Position numbers and translations under genes: made by a program
The notes under the pieces: generated by a model
Told to the model about the DNA's origin: nothing
Seen by the model: the letters and a program-made list of their open reading frames with translations, nothing else
Databases searched by the model: none
DNA from: Lama guanicoe
Taxonomy: Eukaryota
Assembly: GCA_013239625.1 (NCBI GenBank)
Contig: MU054220.1
Coordinates: forward strand, 1,088,871 to 1,152,870
DNA length: 64,000 nucleotides
Direction of reading: 5' to 3'
Shown here: positions 24,770 to 36,686 of the stretch, in pieces
How positions within the stretch are numbered: the stretch's first letter is position 1
Layout: every line of letters starts with the position of its first letter

Positions 24770-27628
24770 ATTTTCTCTGTTATTTTCTTCTTCTTTTAGT
24801 CTCTTTCCTTGTGGTTTGATGACTTTCTTTAGTGTTATGTTTGTGTTCCTTTCTCTCTAGTTTTTATATATCATTTGTAGGTTTTTGATTTGTGGCTACC
24901 ATGGAGTTCACACACATTGACCTATAACTATATCTACCAGTTTTAAATTGATAGGCATTGAAGTTCAAACACACTCTAAAAGCTCAACATTTTTTGCTAC
25001 CCCACCACATTTTGATGTCATATTTTACATCTTCATGTCTATCACTTAATTGTTATTGTAGTTCTAGTTGATTTTATACGTTCTGTCTTTCAACTTTGTA
25101 CCAGCTTGTGTAAGTGGTTGGTCCCTGGGCTTTACTATATATTCTCATGAACCAGTGGGAATTTTCCCTTCCTATCATTTCTTTTTTCTTGTTGTAGTCT
25201 TTTCTTTTTCCTTTAATAAGACCCTTTAACACTCCTTATAAGGTCATTTTAGTATTGCTGAACTCTTTCAGTTGTTGCTTGCTGAGAAGCTGTTTATCTC
25301 TCCTTTAATTCCAAATGATGGCCATGCTGGTAGAGTATCCTAGATTGTAGGGTTTTTCCTTTCCAAGCTTTAATTATATCATGCCACTCCCTTCTGGACT
25401 GCAAATTCCTCCTGAAAAATCAGCTGGTAGCCTAATAGGCGTTCCCTTGTATGTGATTCTTTGCTTTTCTCTTGCTGCCTTTAGAATTCTCTCTTTATCT
25501 TTAACATTTGCATTGTAATTATGATATGTCTTCATGTGGGTGTCTGAGTTCATCTTGCTTGGGACTCTCTGTGATTCCTGTACCTCAATATCTCTTTCCT
25601 TCTTCAGGTTGAGTTTTCAGCCATAATTTCATCAAATACATTTTCTACCCCTTTTTCCCTCTCTTCTTCTGGGACCCCTATAATGTGAATGTTGGTATGC
25701 TTGATATTGTCACAGAGGTCCCATAAACTATTCTCATTTTTTGTATTTGTTTTTCTTTTTGCTGTTCTGAGTGATTTCCATTATTCTATCTTCCAAATTG
25801 CCCATGCATTATTCTGTATCAACTAATCTGCAGTTAATTCCCTCTAGTGAATTTTTTATTTCAATGATTTTATATTCTTCTGCTCTGATTGTTCTTTTTT
25901 ATGTTTTCTAGAGCTTTATTAAAATTCATATTGTGTTCCCCTATCCTTTCCCAAATTCAGTTAGCATTCTTATGACAATTGTTTTGAACTCTTTATCAGG
26001 TAAAATGTTTATCTCTGTTTCATTAGCATTTTTTCAGGGATTTTTCTTGTTCTTTCATTTGAAACATATTCCTCTGTCTTCTTATTTTGTTTAACTCTTC
26101 TGTCTTTTGAGATTAAATGAAACAGTCGTATATCACAGTCTTAAAGGCATGTTCTTTTGTGAGAGCACTCTTATGTATTCTGCGTGTTCCCAGTGGCTTG
26201 CTGGAAGAGCCTCTCATGTATTCGGTGGCCCTCACTGCCTATCGGGGGCGGGGTCATGCTCAAGGGGCTGCAGCAGGAGCCCTGAGGGAGTTGGGTTTCT
26301 ACCAGGTGGGATGGAGTCTCCACCCTGGTTTGGAACGTGGCTGGGATATGAGGGCTTGGGGCTGCCCTTCTGTGATGGGTTCACTTTTTCCCCCAGTGTA
26401 GATACCTTGGTTATAGCCAGGGCTGGCGTCCGAGGGGTTGGTGCCACAAAACTGAGCTGGCCCTGCTTTCTCGTGACTGCAAAGGGGCACACTCTCCAGT
26501 GATGGAGGTCTCCACCCAGAGCCAGCCCCACCCCTTCTGAGCAGGCACACAGGAACGGGTGCTCTAGAAGTGGCAGTCTCCACCCTGCGGCTAGTCTACC
26601 TCCCTCCCAAGCGTGTGCAGTAAAGCATGCACTGGCAATGGCTGCCTCTGCCCTCATCAGAAACAATCCTGGGTCCAAGCTGGCTCCATTCCTTCCAAGT
26701 GTGTACACCTCATTGTCAGCGGCACGCTCTGCCTTAGTGATGAGCAGCACCAAAGGAAAAGGGAGCTGTGAAGCAGGAGCCCAGTGCAGGCTGAGAGGCA
26801 TGCCTGGGTGGTCCTTGTAGGCAGCTTATAATCTTCTACCTTTGTGCTGTCACTGGGAGTAAGAAAGTCTGTGTTTGTGCTTGCTGGGAAACAAGCTGCT
26901 GGAAAACAAGCCACACCTAAATTTCCATGATCTTAAAATATTATGTTCACACTTACTTGCTTAAAATGCACATGCTTGCTTTGTTTCAATGTTTTACACA
27001 GTAGATGACCTATGACACCTATATGCTAAAGAAAATTTGTGAGGGGCAATCCTGATGAGTCTTTGATCTCATTTTCCTCTGAGCTGTATACTCCTAATAA
27101 ATACGATGTTGACCAGGCTCTAGATCCAAAAGATCTTGACTCCCCTGGTCCCATCTTTGCTCTTTACTTTGTCTCTTTGTTTCTTAAGTCTTGCATCGCC
27201 AGTCCTCAGACACGGTCCCGAGCTCTGCTGGATGCAGCAGTGCTCTTTAAGAGCAGAATCTTGGCTTCTTCTAGCCCTCTGGTACATCCCACTGATTTCA
27301 AACCAGCTAAAAGGGCTTGTCTTCCTCATGTCTGACCACAGGGCTGGTGGTGCCTAGTGTGTAGTTCAAACCCCTCATTCCCCAGGGAGGGTCCCCAAGC
27401 CTGTAATATCCCCCTCTCCTCTATGTCCCCCGCTAGGGGTGTGGGTCCCAACCCCTTCCAGCCAGACTTCATGTGCATCTTTATTTACAGCCTTGGCTGT
27501 GGAAGAGCTGTTCTGCTGGTACTCAGGTTAATTTCAGCGAGAGTAACGATACATGGAGTTGTAGTTCTGATATGTTCATGAAGGGAGCTGAGCCCGTATC
27601 CTCCTGCTCCACCACCTTGATCTCTGTC
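24770..27628 (-). mobile_element. LINE-1 5' portion (5'UTR and ORF1), 3'-truncated; paralogous to 15630-17630
   Basis: Aligns by eye with the L1 at 15630-17630 (24785 onward versus 15632 onward). L1M-type 5' terminus near 27628. Confidence 0.85.
26882..27239 (+). mobile_element. Solo LTR (possibly ERVK/beta-like) nested in L1 5'UTR
   Basis: TG...CA termini, 5-bp TSD GTGCT (26877-26881 and 27240-27244), AATAAA near 27095. Confidence 0.75.
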
Positions 27629-28280
27629 CTACCCAAATGTTCTTCAGTTGGGGTTTGCCTAATTTTTTTTCATAATTTAATTCAGGCTATGTATTTTGGG
27701 TAAGAATCTCACCATAATTATATTGTATGCCTCTCAGTCTAAATCCCAATGATAAATTTGAATCATTTAAGGGAGTATCTTCCAGGTTCCCCAATTAGAA
27801 AGTTACATTTGTCCTTTGGCAATGAATAAATATTATGTAGGGAGAGAAGACTATGTCAAATCATATTCCTCATAGAGAAAAAGTTTAATGACAGTATTGG
27901 ATTACAACCTTCCCGAGAATCAAGTTGACCCTGTGCATCAAAAGTTACTGCACCTTTTAACACAGTGAATTTATTGTAATAAATGAGTCTTTAAAAATCA
28001 GAAGTATTGTTAAAGATTTCTATTCAAGAGAACTTAGCACAGTGTTATATATAGTAGCAAAGATTTAGAAATAATCTAAAAATCAAACAGAAAAATGACT
28101 ATTTAAGTAATAGTATATCTATAAAAGAATATATTTTACAAATGATTACAATAAAGTTGTTGAAGATGGGAACCAGTTACAATAACTCTAGAAATAAAAA
28201 GCCCTAGGACCTGTTCCCCATCCCTTCAGTTTAGACTCAGAATTATTCTAAACCCATGAAACAATCCCAAGACTCAGCCG

Positions 28281-29432
28281 CTATTTCTCACCCAGTTTCA
28301 CTGTCCTGATCCACAGCCTCCTCATGGCCTTCTTCACTTCAGCATTTCTGAAGGAGTAGATGACAGGGTTGAGGAGTGGGGTGATCACTGTATAAAACAC
28401 AGCCACCATCTTGTCCACAGGCAGAGTGGTAGAGGTCCTCAGATAGATGAAGATGCAGGGCCCAAAGAACAAGGTGACCACAGTGATATGGGACCCACAG
28501 GTGGAGAGGGCCTTGTGCCGCCCCTCAGAACTTCGGTTCCTCAGATGGAGCAAAATGACTACATACGAGGCTACAAGGACAATGAAGCTGATCACAGACA
28601 GGGTCCCGCCATTGGCAACAACCAGGAGACCGATGAGGAAGGTGTCAGAACAGGCAAGTTTGAGCAGAGGAAGCACATCACAGAAGTAGTGGTCAATCAC
28701 ATTGGGGCCACAGAAGGGCAAGCGGAAGATGAGAAGGACTTGGGCCAAGGAATGCACAACGCCCCCCGCCCATGCTACTCCCGCCAGGACGGCACACACC
28801 TGCCGGTTCATGATGGTGGTGTAGTGCAGGGGCCTGCAGATGGCCGCGTAGCGGTCGTAGGCCATCACAGTGAGCAGAAACATCTCAATACCACCAAATA
28901 AGTGCATGAAGAAAACTTGCAACATGCAGCCCCAGAAAGATATGGCTTTCCTTTCAGCCAGCAAATCTGAGATGAGCTTGGGGGCTGTGGTAGAGCAGTA
29001 GCAGATCTCCACAAAGGACAGGTGGCTGAGGAAGAAGTAGGCACACACCTGCCGGTTCATGATGGCGGTGTAGTGCAGGGGCCTGCAGATGGCCGCGTAG
29101 CGGTCATAGGCCATCACAGTGAGCAGAAACATCTCAATACCACCAAATAAGTGCATGAAGAAAACTTGCAACATGCAGCCCCAGAAAGATATGGCTTTCC
29201 TTTCAGCCAGCAAATCTGAGATGAGCTTGGGGGCTGTGGTAGAGCAGTAGCAGATCTCCACAAAGGACAGGTGGCTGAGGAAGAAGTACATGGGGGAGCC
29301 GAGGCTTCTGCTGGTCATGACAGTGAGGACAATGAGCAAATTGCCCAGCACAACTGCTGTGTACAAGAGCAGAAAGATCACAAAGCAAACTTTCTGCACG
29401 TCCCGATTGGGAGAAAGTCCCAGGAAAATAAA
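28281..29432 (-). pseudogene. OR4X2: Olfactory receptor 4X2-like (copy B): in-frame TM2-TM3 tandem duplication, start codon deleted
   Basis: Open frame with an 83-aa repeat. Homology to copy A stops at FIFLGLS (about 29432). MADTRNVTE and the splice acceptor are missing, and an in-frame stop lies upstream at 29460-29462 with no intervening ATG. Confidence 0.85.
28791..29288. repeat. Tandem duplication, 2 x 249 bp
   Basis: 28791-29039 and 29040-29288 are identical except 28817/29066 (t/c) and 28857/29106 (g/a). Confidence 0.97.
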
Positions 29433-31832
29433 ATAAAGGACTATTGTGGACCTTGGGGTTTACTCAGCAGACAATGGGGAACCATCAGGAAAGTTAGTCA
29501 ACTGGAAAGTAAAATCATTCTGTATGTAGAGGTTGGTCTAGTGAAAACAGATCAGATGAGAGGAAACCTATAGGAGGTTGATTGCCTCTTTGAATGATGT
29601 AGGGCAGCAAGGACAGTGTTGCTGTCTCCATGACAACTGTTTCTCTCTTGCCTTTGAATGCTTTTGTCTTTTGCCTGCAGCTTTCCTTCATCCCACTTCC
29701 TTTTAATCCTTTTTCATTATCGGTTTGCAGAATAAGATTTTCACCTCTCTATATATTCTTGAGTCTCCAGAAGAGCTGTTCCTTGACACCCAGAGCCCCT
29801 TCTTATTTATGCTTCTCCTCTTAATTATCTCCTTCTACACTTGGTCACTAAGTGACCTAGTTCGTTACCAAAGGTCCAGTTTAATCCCCTCACAATTCTT
29901 TTTACTGGTACCTTCATCTCCTCCAAACATGTGTCATCCAATGGGAACAGAAGTGCAAACCATCTCTCCACCCAAACTGCCCACTCAGCCTGTGACACAT
30001 CCTTCTCTGAAGGCCAGCCTTCCAGCACCTCGAAGTATCACCACGATTGTGCGCTGACTGATTTGCAGACTATCTTCATCCATGCAGGACTTTCTCCAAG
30101 GTGACTGACAGCAGTGTGTATCAACACAGCCCTCCTACAGATAGACTCCAGGGCACCCGAGACTAGGAGTCACATGACACCCACTCAGGACACAAAGCTT
30201 CCTTCTGTTAACTATGGGGACAGGCCCAGGGGATTGAGGACTACCATGAGCTACCACCACGAGGAAATCAGACAGAGTTTATGATTACAGAGACACAGAG
30301 AAGTCTGAGACCAGCCCCAAACTCCCATATCAGCTTGGGAATTTCTCCAAGTCATTCATGGAAGAAGCACTGCTGGTAGTCTGAACTCCTGGGCTTACAT
30401 CCCAGTCTCCTTAGTGATATCTCAGTGATATCTATAAAGTCCTTTAACCTTGAGAGACTCAAGATCCAAACTGTACCACGGAGATGAAGCCTACCTCACA
30501 GGTAGATGCCATACAGCTCCCTCCCAGCACATCCCGAGAAAAGTTAAGAGATCATCCACTGTGCTGTCTCAGAAGCCCCTCAGAGACAGGAAATCCATCT
30601 TCCCAATCCATAGACCCTTACAGTCAGTGGCCCCTCTTCTCTCAGGATATTTTTTTAATCACAGCACTTTACACGCTGAATTATAATTGTGTTCTATGAC
30701 CATCTGCTCCACTAAACTGTGAACTTGCTGAGGGCAGAGGCTATATATTGCTCAACACTCCATCTCCAGTGCTAACTGAAGCACCTCTACAAAAGAGCAT
30801 TCAGTGAATGAACACAGAATGAGGGAACAGTGGGCACAGATCTTCCCTCGCCTTCTTAGCACAGTGTTGGGTACATTGTGGGTGTTCACTAACTATTGAA
30901 AGAACAAAGGTCCCCAAGGACAAAGCCCATATCTTCTCCATCCCTGAATCCCAGTACCTAGCACTGTGCTTGACTCAGCCAAAGACCAGAACAACGTGAA
31001 AGCACTTTGCTCAAAGCCATGGGCTTCCTGGCACTGTTCCCTCTAATTTCCAAGTGGAATTGTAATCATCACATGAAAAAGAAGTGCATGCTCACGAGAC
31101 AAAACCCACCCCAGTGTTTCCATGGTTCGGCTGTTCTCACCACAGTTCCTATCACTGTTCTGACCACAGATACGCAAATAATGCCCTGAGAACAGCCCTC
31201 AACTTGTGCAAATTTCCCAGTTGTGCAATCCAACAGCATTAAGGCCAAGGCATCAACCAGAGCTCATACATTTCAGGAGCTGCCAGATGGAGGTCCCTGC
31301 AGCCTCAGGCTTGGGAACAGTAAGACTAGACCACTGAGTCCAGTCCACCTGATTTAAAACAAAAGAACACAGTAGGATTATCTGCTACATGTTCCACAGA
31401 GAAATAAGAACTCTGGCAACTCAGCCTTGAGTTCACTGTGCTTAAGAGATACCAGGGGGAAGGCATGATGATCAAGTAGGAGAAAATTGGTCCCCAGAGA
31501 GCCATGCCTTTCCCCTTCCTAATCAGGTAAACTGCCTCATGGGAAGCAGGACCTGGATACCAACATCTCAAACTTTCTTGTAAGTAACATAACCTCAAAA
31601 ATCAATAGGAAAAGTGAATTAATTTCACCCAGTGTTCACAATTCACTTAGACTATGGGCTTATGCTCTTCAGAGGTCAATTAGATGTAGCTTTTGCTTAT
31701 CATGAACTCACTGATGTGACTTTACATGAAATGACACCACTCAGAGGATGGGTCCAAGGAATATGGGCCACAAGTGTCAGAAAAACAAAATAGCACTTCT
31801 CCCTGCCTTTGGTGTGGATGAGGGTATAGAAG

Positions 31833-32045
31833 AGTGGTCCTCAACCATGGGTGATATTTTGCCCCCAAGAGGCATTTGGCAATACCTGGAGACATTGTCC
31901 ATTGTCCCAACCTGGGTAGACAGGAGGTGCTCCTGGCATCTACTGGGTAGAGGCCAGAGATGCTGTGAAACATTCTACAGCGCACAGCCCCCCACAGCAA
32001 AGATTAACTGACCCAAAATCACAACACTACTGCTATTGAGATACA
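31833..32045. mobile_element. MER20, duplicated copy of 21525-21745
   Basis: agtggtcctcaaccatgggtgatattttgccccc...catttggcaatacctggagacatt at the same relative position. Confidence 0.8.
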
Positions 32046-32519
32046 CTGCTAAGGACGAAATAAAATTTGTCTGAACTGGTATTTATTAATGCTGGATGTT
32101 GGCTTCATGTGATTTTGTTAATCTGCTTTGACCACATCTGTATATTTATTATGTTTTCTCTAATGAAAATTTTTGACAAATGCCATAATGGCACTTTTTA
32201 AGATAAATGTGCTCGACACCAGTGCTACTCACAAATGTCATTAATTCAGCCTTGATTAGAGTTGAAACAAGATGCAAAGTGTCAAATAATGGTTAAAGAG
32301 AAAATTATGCTGAGATATTTTAAGATTGTTTTAAATATTTTAATGTAATTGCTTTTGAAAGTGCAACCCTGAATTAACCATTTTCCCTTACAGTGAAGAA
32401 AAACACTAGAAAGATTAGCAAATAATCATATAAAAGCAACAAATATTTAAGTAATAATAATATTAAGTCTGCATAAGTTTTGACAAATTTTGACTATTTA
32501 TAAAAGATTTGTGTTTATT

Positions 32520-32837
32520 TTATGTTAGTAAATGATAAGGTAGAATAATAACCACATATGTTGCATTCATGCCATATGGAATTTTTTTTAATTTTTAGAT
32601 ATTTCCATCTTATGTGGTTTTCTGCTAATTTTTTAAATTGTCACAAATTTCCAAAAATTTTAATATGTTTTATTGAAAAAAATCCACATTTAAGTGGACC
32701 CACACAGTTCAAACTTATGTTCAGATACTAACTACTATATATAAAAATAGATAAACAACAAAATCCTAGTGTATAGCACAGGAAACTAAATTCAATACCT
32801 TGCAATAACATAAAATGAAAAAGAATATGAGAAGGAG

Positions 32838-32896
<59 letters not shown>

Positions 32897-32985
32897 TATG
32901 CACCAAAAATTAACACAACATTGTAAACTGACTATACTTCAAAAGAAAAAAAGAAATCTATGTTTTTCAAGAGTCAACTTTATAA
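32520..32985. mobile_element. Tigger-type DNA transposon end interrupted by a short L1 3' end (32723-32955) containing (TG)n
   Basis: aaaaatccacatttaagtggacccacacagttcaaac...ttcaagagtcaact, split by tgtatagcacagg...cattgtaaactgactatacttcaaaa. Confidence 0.65.
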
Positions 32986-34629
32986 GCAAATTAGCATAAA
33001 ATATAATGGAGACGCTGTGTTATAGATAACATCTATTTGATGAATAGTTATTGCTCAGCTCCATTGTGCCAGGTACTGTGCCTGGTACACAAAAACTATT
33101 AAGCAACAGAGGCCAAAGAGCCTCAAAAAAAAAGGACTGAATTGCCTCAAATGTCTGAAAATGGAGCGTGACTTCAGGATCATGGTGGCGTGAGATGTCC
33201 TCATTTTCATCCCCTCATTCATCAATAAAAATTCAGCATCCATCCATGATCAGAAGTGCTCCTATGGGAGATGTGGGATCCAGCTCCATATGCCAAGGGA
33301 CTTGGGACGTCTCATCCACAGGTATGTTGGGTCATAGGCAGGACCAGCTTCAAGACAAGCTGTGGAACCTACAGGAGGCTGTGAGTGAGTTCTGACCCCT
33401 CTGGGCCTCTGCTGGAGTGCCTGTGGAACACTGGCTGGGCTTGTCACCTATGGACGAGAGAACCTCTGTGGAAGTCCAGATTTTCAGATGAGAAATTCCA
33501 GCAATCCATTGTAGCAATACATACTCATATGATCTTGGATGCACTGGAGTATGAAGAATGAACGTCTTGACTTTGCCAGCATCACTGCCCACCAAGGTGT
33601 CAGAGCTTGGTCTCTTGAATCGCCGTCTAGTGCTATTTCCACTTACCACACGGCGGCCTCTTCTCTCAGGGCCAGGTTCTCATACACACAGTTCCTGATC
33701 CACAACCAAAACACAGGTGGGCTTTTATTCCCTGTAGTCCCTGGTTCTCCCTCCAGCTCCAATTTCCTCCTCTTCCCCACCCCAGCATGAGCAGGAAGAA
33801 CCGCCTGCTCTACCAACCAAGCACGCCTGTGACCCCACCCGCTAAAATGGTCCCCAGAGCCGGGCAACGTCCTATAAACAGCAGTGGAGCCGGATAACAG
33901 GATTCTAAAAAACCACCTTCCATTCACCTCTGTGCTCAGCATTTCATTATGTAGATGCTTGGGTTTTCTCGAAGAAGGGAGTAGGATTTCCAGATGCCAA
34001 GGTAACTCACTTCTACTACACATTAGCTCTTAGTGTCTAAACTTTGAAACTTTCCCTGGCAGAGTGAATCTTCTCCAGCAACTACAGGCGCACGCTCACA
34101 CAGGTGTATCCATATGTACGCACACATGCCCTTAGACATCTGTCTCCACCTACGTGAACACTTATGCATACATACGTGCACACATAGGTAACACATACAC
34201 ACTGTCATCACTTTAGAGTAAAATGCTGTGTGAAGGCAGCAGTGAAAGAGCACTAAACTGGCAATTACAGGTCCTTGAACATGACTGTGTGTAATTCACC
34301 CCGTCTCTACTTTCATTTCTCTTCAGACCCGAATAACCATATATTTTCTCACGTTCTCCTGAGAACTTTTCAATAAAGGTAATTCATTCAACACAGATTA
34401 AGCTGAGGTCATTGTGGGCGGCTTCCACTGTCAGTTGCTATTTCATTGCTGCTGCTCCGATAGTCAGAACCAAAATGTGCATCTGTGTTTGTTAGGCATC
34501 CAACGGAGCAAAAAGGCTTTCAACACTGCCATCCTCACCCAGCCCTGATCACACTTCTGATGCTTATGCCCACTTCATGAGGTTGTTGTGAGGCTGAAAA
34601 GGGTTAATGCAATCAAAACACTTAGAGCA

Positions 34630-35260
34630 GGCTTTCCAGTTCAGTTCGCACATAAGGGGCTTGGGAGCCAACACTCTATCCTAACAAGTAAAAAGCTGAA
34701 CAGACTGAAAAGTCAACAGCTTTTCTTGGATGCATAAGAGAAGGGAGGACAGTGTCCCCAAGACTGGGGAGAAGATAGGCAAATGCAGGGAGTTGCAGTT
34801 TACCAGATTAGAGACCCACAGGTGGGAATGGCTGCAGGAATCTGTGCTGTGACTGATGCATTGCTGGAGGCTCAGTGTGGACAGGCCTTGGAGTTAAAAA
34901 CTCCAGGGGCACCCAGTAAGGGAACCCCCCACAATATTGTGAGATTTACCTGCAGGAGCTGGACAAGGTTCCCACAGTAAACGTCAGAGAAAAATTCCCT
35001 CGTGTTTCCAGCAGGGGGCAGAAAAGGAACCCTTTGTAAATACTCAGAACACTAGTTCTGAACAAGGTGGGCCCTCAGGGGAAACTAGTTAACCTTAACC
35101 TAACCTGCTGTGGTATTACCAGAGACTAACTGACCTGAGGGAAAGGAAACACCCATTTCCCACCGGCAATAACCATTCTGTCCCAACCAAGGGTAGAGAA
35201 AACGAAACTGAGACACTCTTGTGAAATTCACAGTCAAGAGGCATAGACTCACTAAAAACA
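34630..35260 (+). mobile_element. Old LINE-1 5'UTR fragment
   Basis: aacaagtaaaaagctgaacagactgaaaagtcaacagcttttcttggat pattern typical of old L1M 5' ends. Confidence 0.5.
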
Positions 35261-35766
35261 CTTAGAATGGTGTCTGTCATGTTAGAAGAATTCACTGAGT
35301 CAGCTTTTATCACACACTCACACATAAGCTCCATGAGTACAAGGATTTTTGTCTGCTTTTTTCCTGCTGTACCTCCAGCTCCTACTTAGGAAAGGCACCA
35401 GGCTCATAGCTTCAGACCTGGACCCTGGCTTCCTTCATCCTTCCTTCCCCCACCTTCCCTGCCAGGTTTAGTGTCTGGATCTGCCTTAGGAAAGAGAGAG
35501 GGCAGACAGGGAGAGGGATTGGAAGTGGCAGAAAGTCCAAGACCTGTTCCTGTGGACACCTTTGCTAGCCCCACCTGGAACCTGTGGGGAGTGAGGGTCC
35601 AGGGGAGGGCACTGAGATTGGGACCATGTCTCATATACCTTCACCCCAGGCTCCACCCCAGTCCACTTACACCTCAGTCACCTTCATTTTTTTTGTTCCC
35701 CCAGCTCAGCCTCTTCCCTGAAGGACTGGGTGTTTGCCTGAATTGAATAAACATAAATCCAGGTGG

Positions 35767-35792
35767 AAAGAAAAAGAAAGAGAGAGAGAGAA

Positions 35793-35836
<44 letters not shown>

Positions 35837-35990
35837 GGAAGGAAGGAAGGAAGGAAGGAAAGAAGGAAGGAAGGAAGGAAGGAAGGAAGGAAGGAAGGAA
35901 GAAGAAAAGGAAGAAAAAGAGAAAAGGAGGGAAGGAAGAAGGAAAAAGGAAGGAGGGAGGGAGGGAAAAGAAGGAAAGAAGGAAGGACAG
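35767..35990. repeat. Polypurine (GAAA)n/(GAAG)n compound microsatellite
   Basis: Direct reading. Confidence 0.95.
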
Positions 35991-36133
35991 ACTTACACAG
36001 GCTAGATGATCAATAAACATTTGAGAAGTGAATAATCAATCTGGTAATTACAAGGACTTTAGAAGAAAGGGCAGGGGAAAAGTAGGGAGTAAGAAGAGAA
36101 AAGGGAAAAGAAGACATTATAAAGAAACAGAGG

Positions 36134-36686
36134 CAGTACTATTTACAATAGCCAAGACGTGAAAACAGCCTAAATGTCCATCGACAGATGACTGGATAAA
36201 GAAGATGTGGTATATTTATGCAATGGAATACTATTCAACCATAAAAAATGACAGCATAACGCCATTTGCAGCAACATGGATGTCCCTGGAGAATGTCATT
36301 CTAAGTGAAGTAAGCCAGAAAGAGAAAGAAAAATACAATATGAGATTGCTTATATGTGGAATCTAAAAAAAAGATGAACATAAATACAAAACAGAAACAG
36401 ACTCATAGACATAGAATACAAACTTGTGGTTGTCGGGGGGAGGGGGGTGGGAAGGGACAGACTGAGGGTTCAAAATTTGTAGATACTGACATGTATATGT
36501 AGAATAGATAAACAAGATTATACTGTATAGCACAGGGAAATATATACAAGATCTTGTGGTAGCTCACAGCGAAAACGAATGCAACAATGAATATATGTAT
36601 GTTCATGTATAACTGAAAAATTGTGCTCTACACTGGAAATTGACACAACATTGTAAACTGACTATAACTCAATTTAAAAAAAAAGA
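36134..36686 (+). mobile_element. Young 5'-truncated LINE-1 3' end with TSD
   Basis: ORF2 C-terminus/3'UTR text, A tail, and TSD aaagaaacagagg on both sides. Confidence 0.9.

Larger units (their letters stand above)
27985..32450. repeat. Segmental duplicate of about 17631-22140 (OR4X2 gene plus upstream region)
   Basis: Collinear similarity at an offset of about 10.3 kb, including the shared MER20. Confidence 0.9.

Noticed and set aside
28281..29399. Calling the 372-aa ORF an intact functional CDS
   Set aside because: The start is GTG. ATG, N-glycan site, acceptor and upstream donor are lost, so it is annotated as a probable pseudogene.
35706..36020. K/E/R-rich and F/S/L-rich ORFs
   Set aside because: Translations of the GAAA/GAAG microsatellite.
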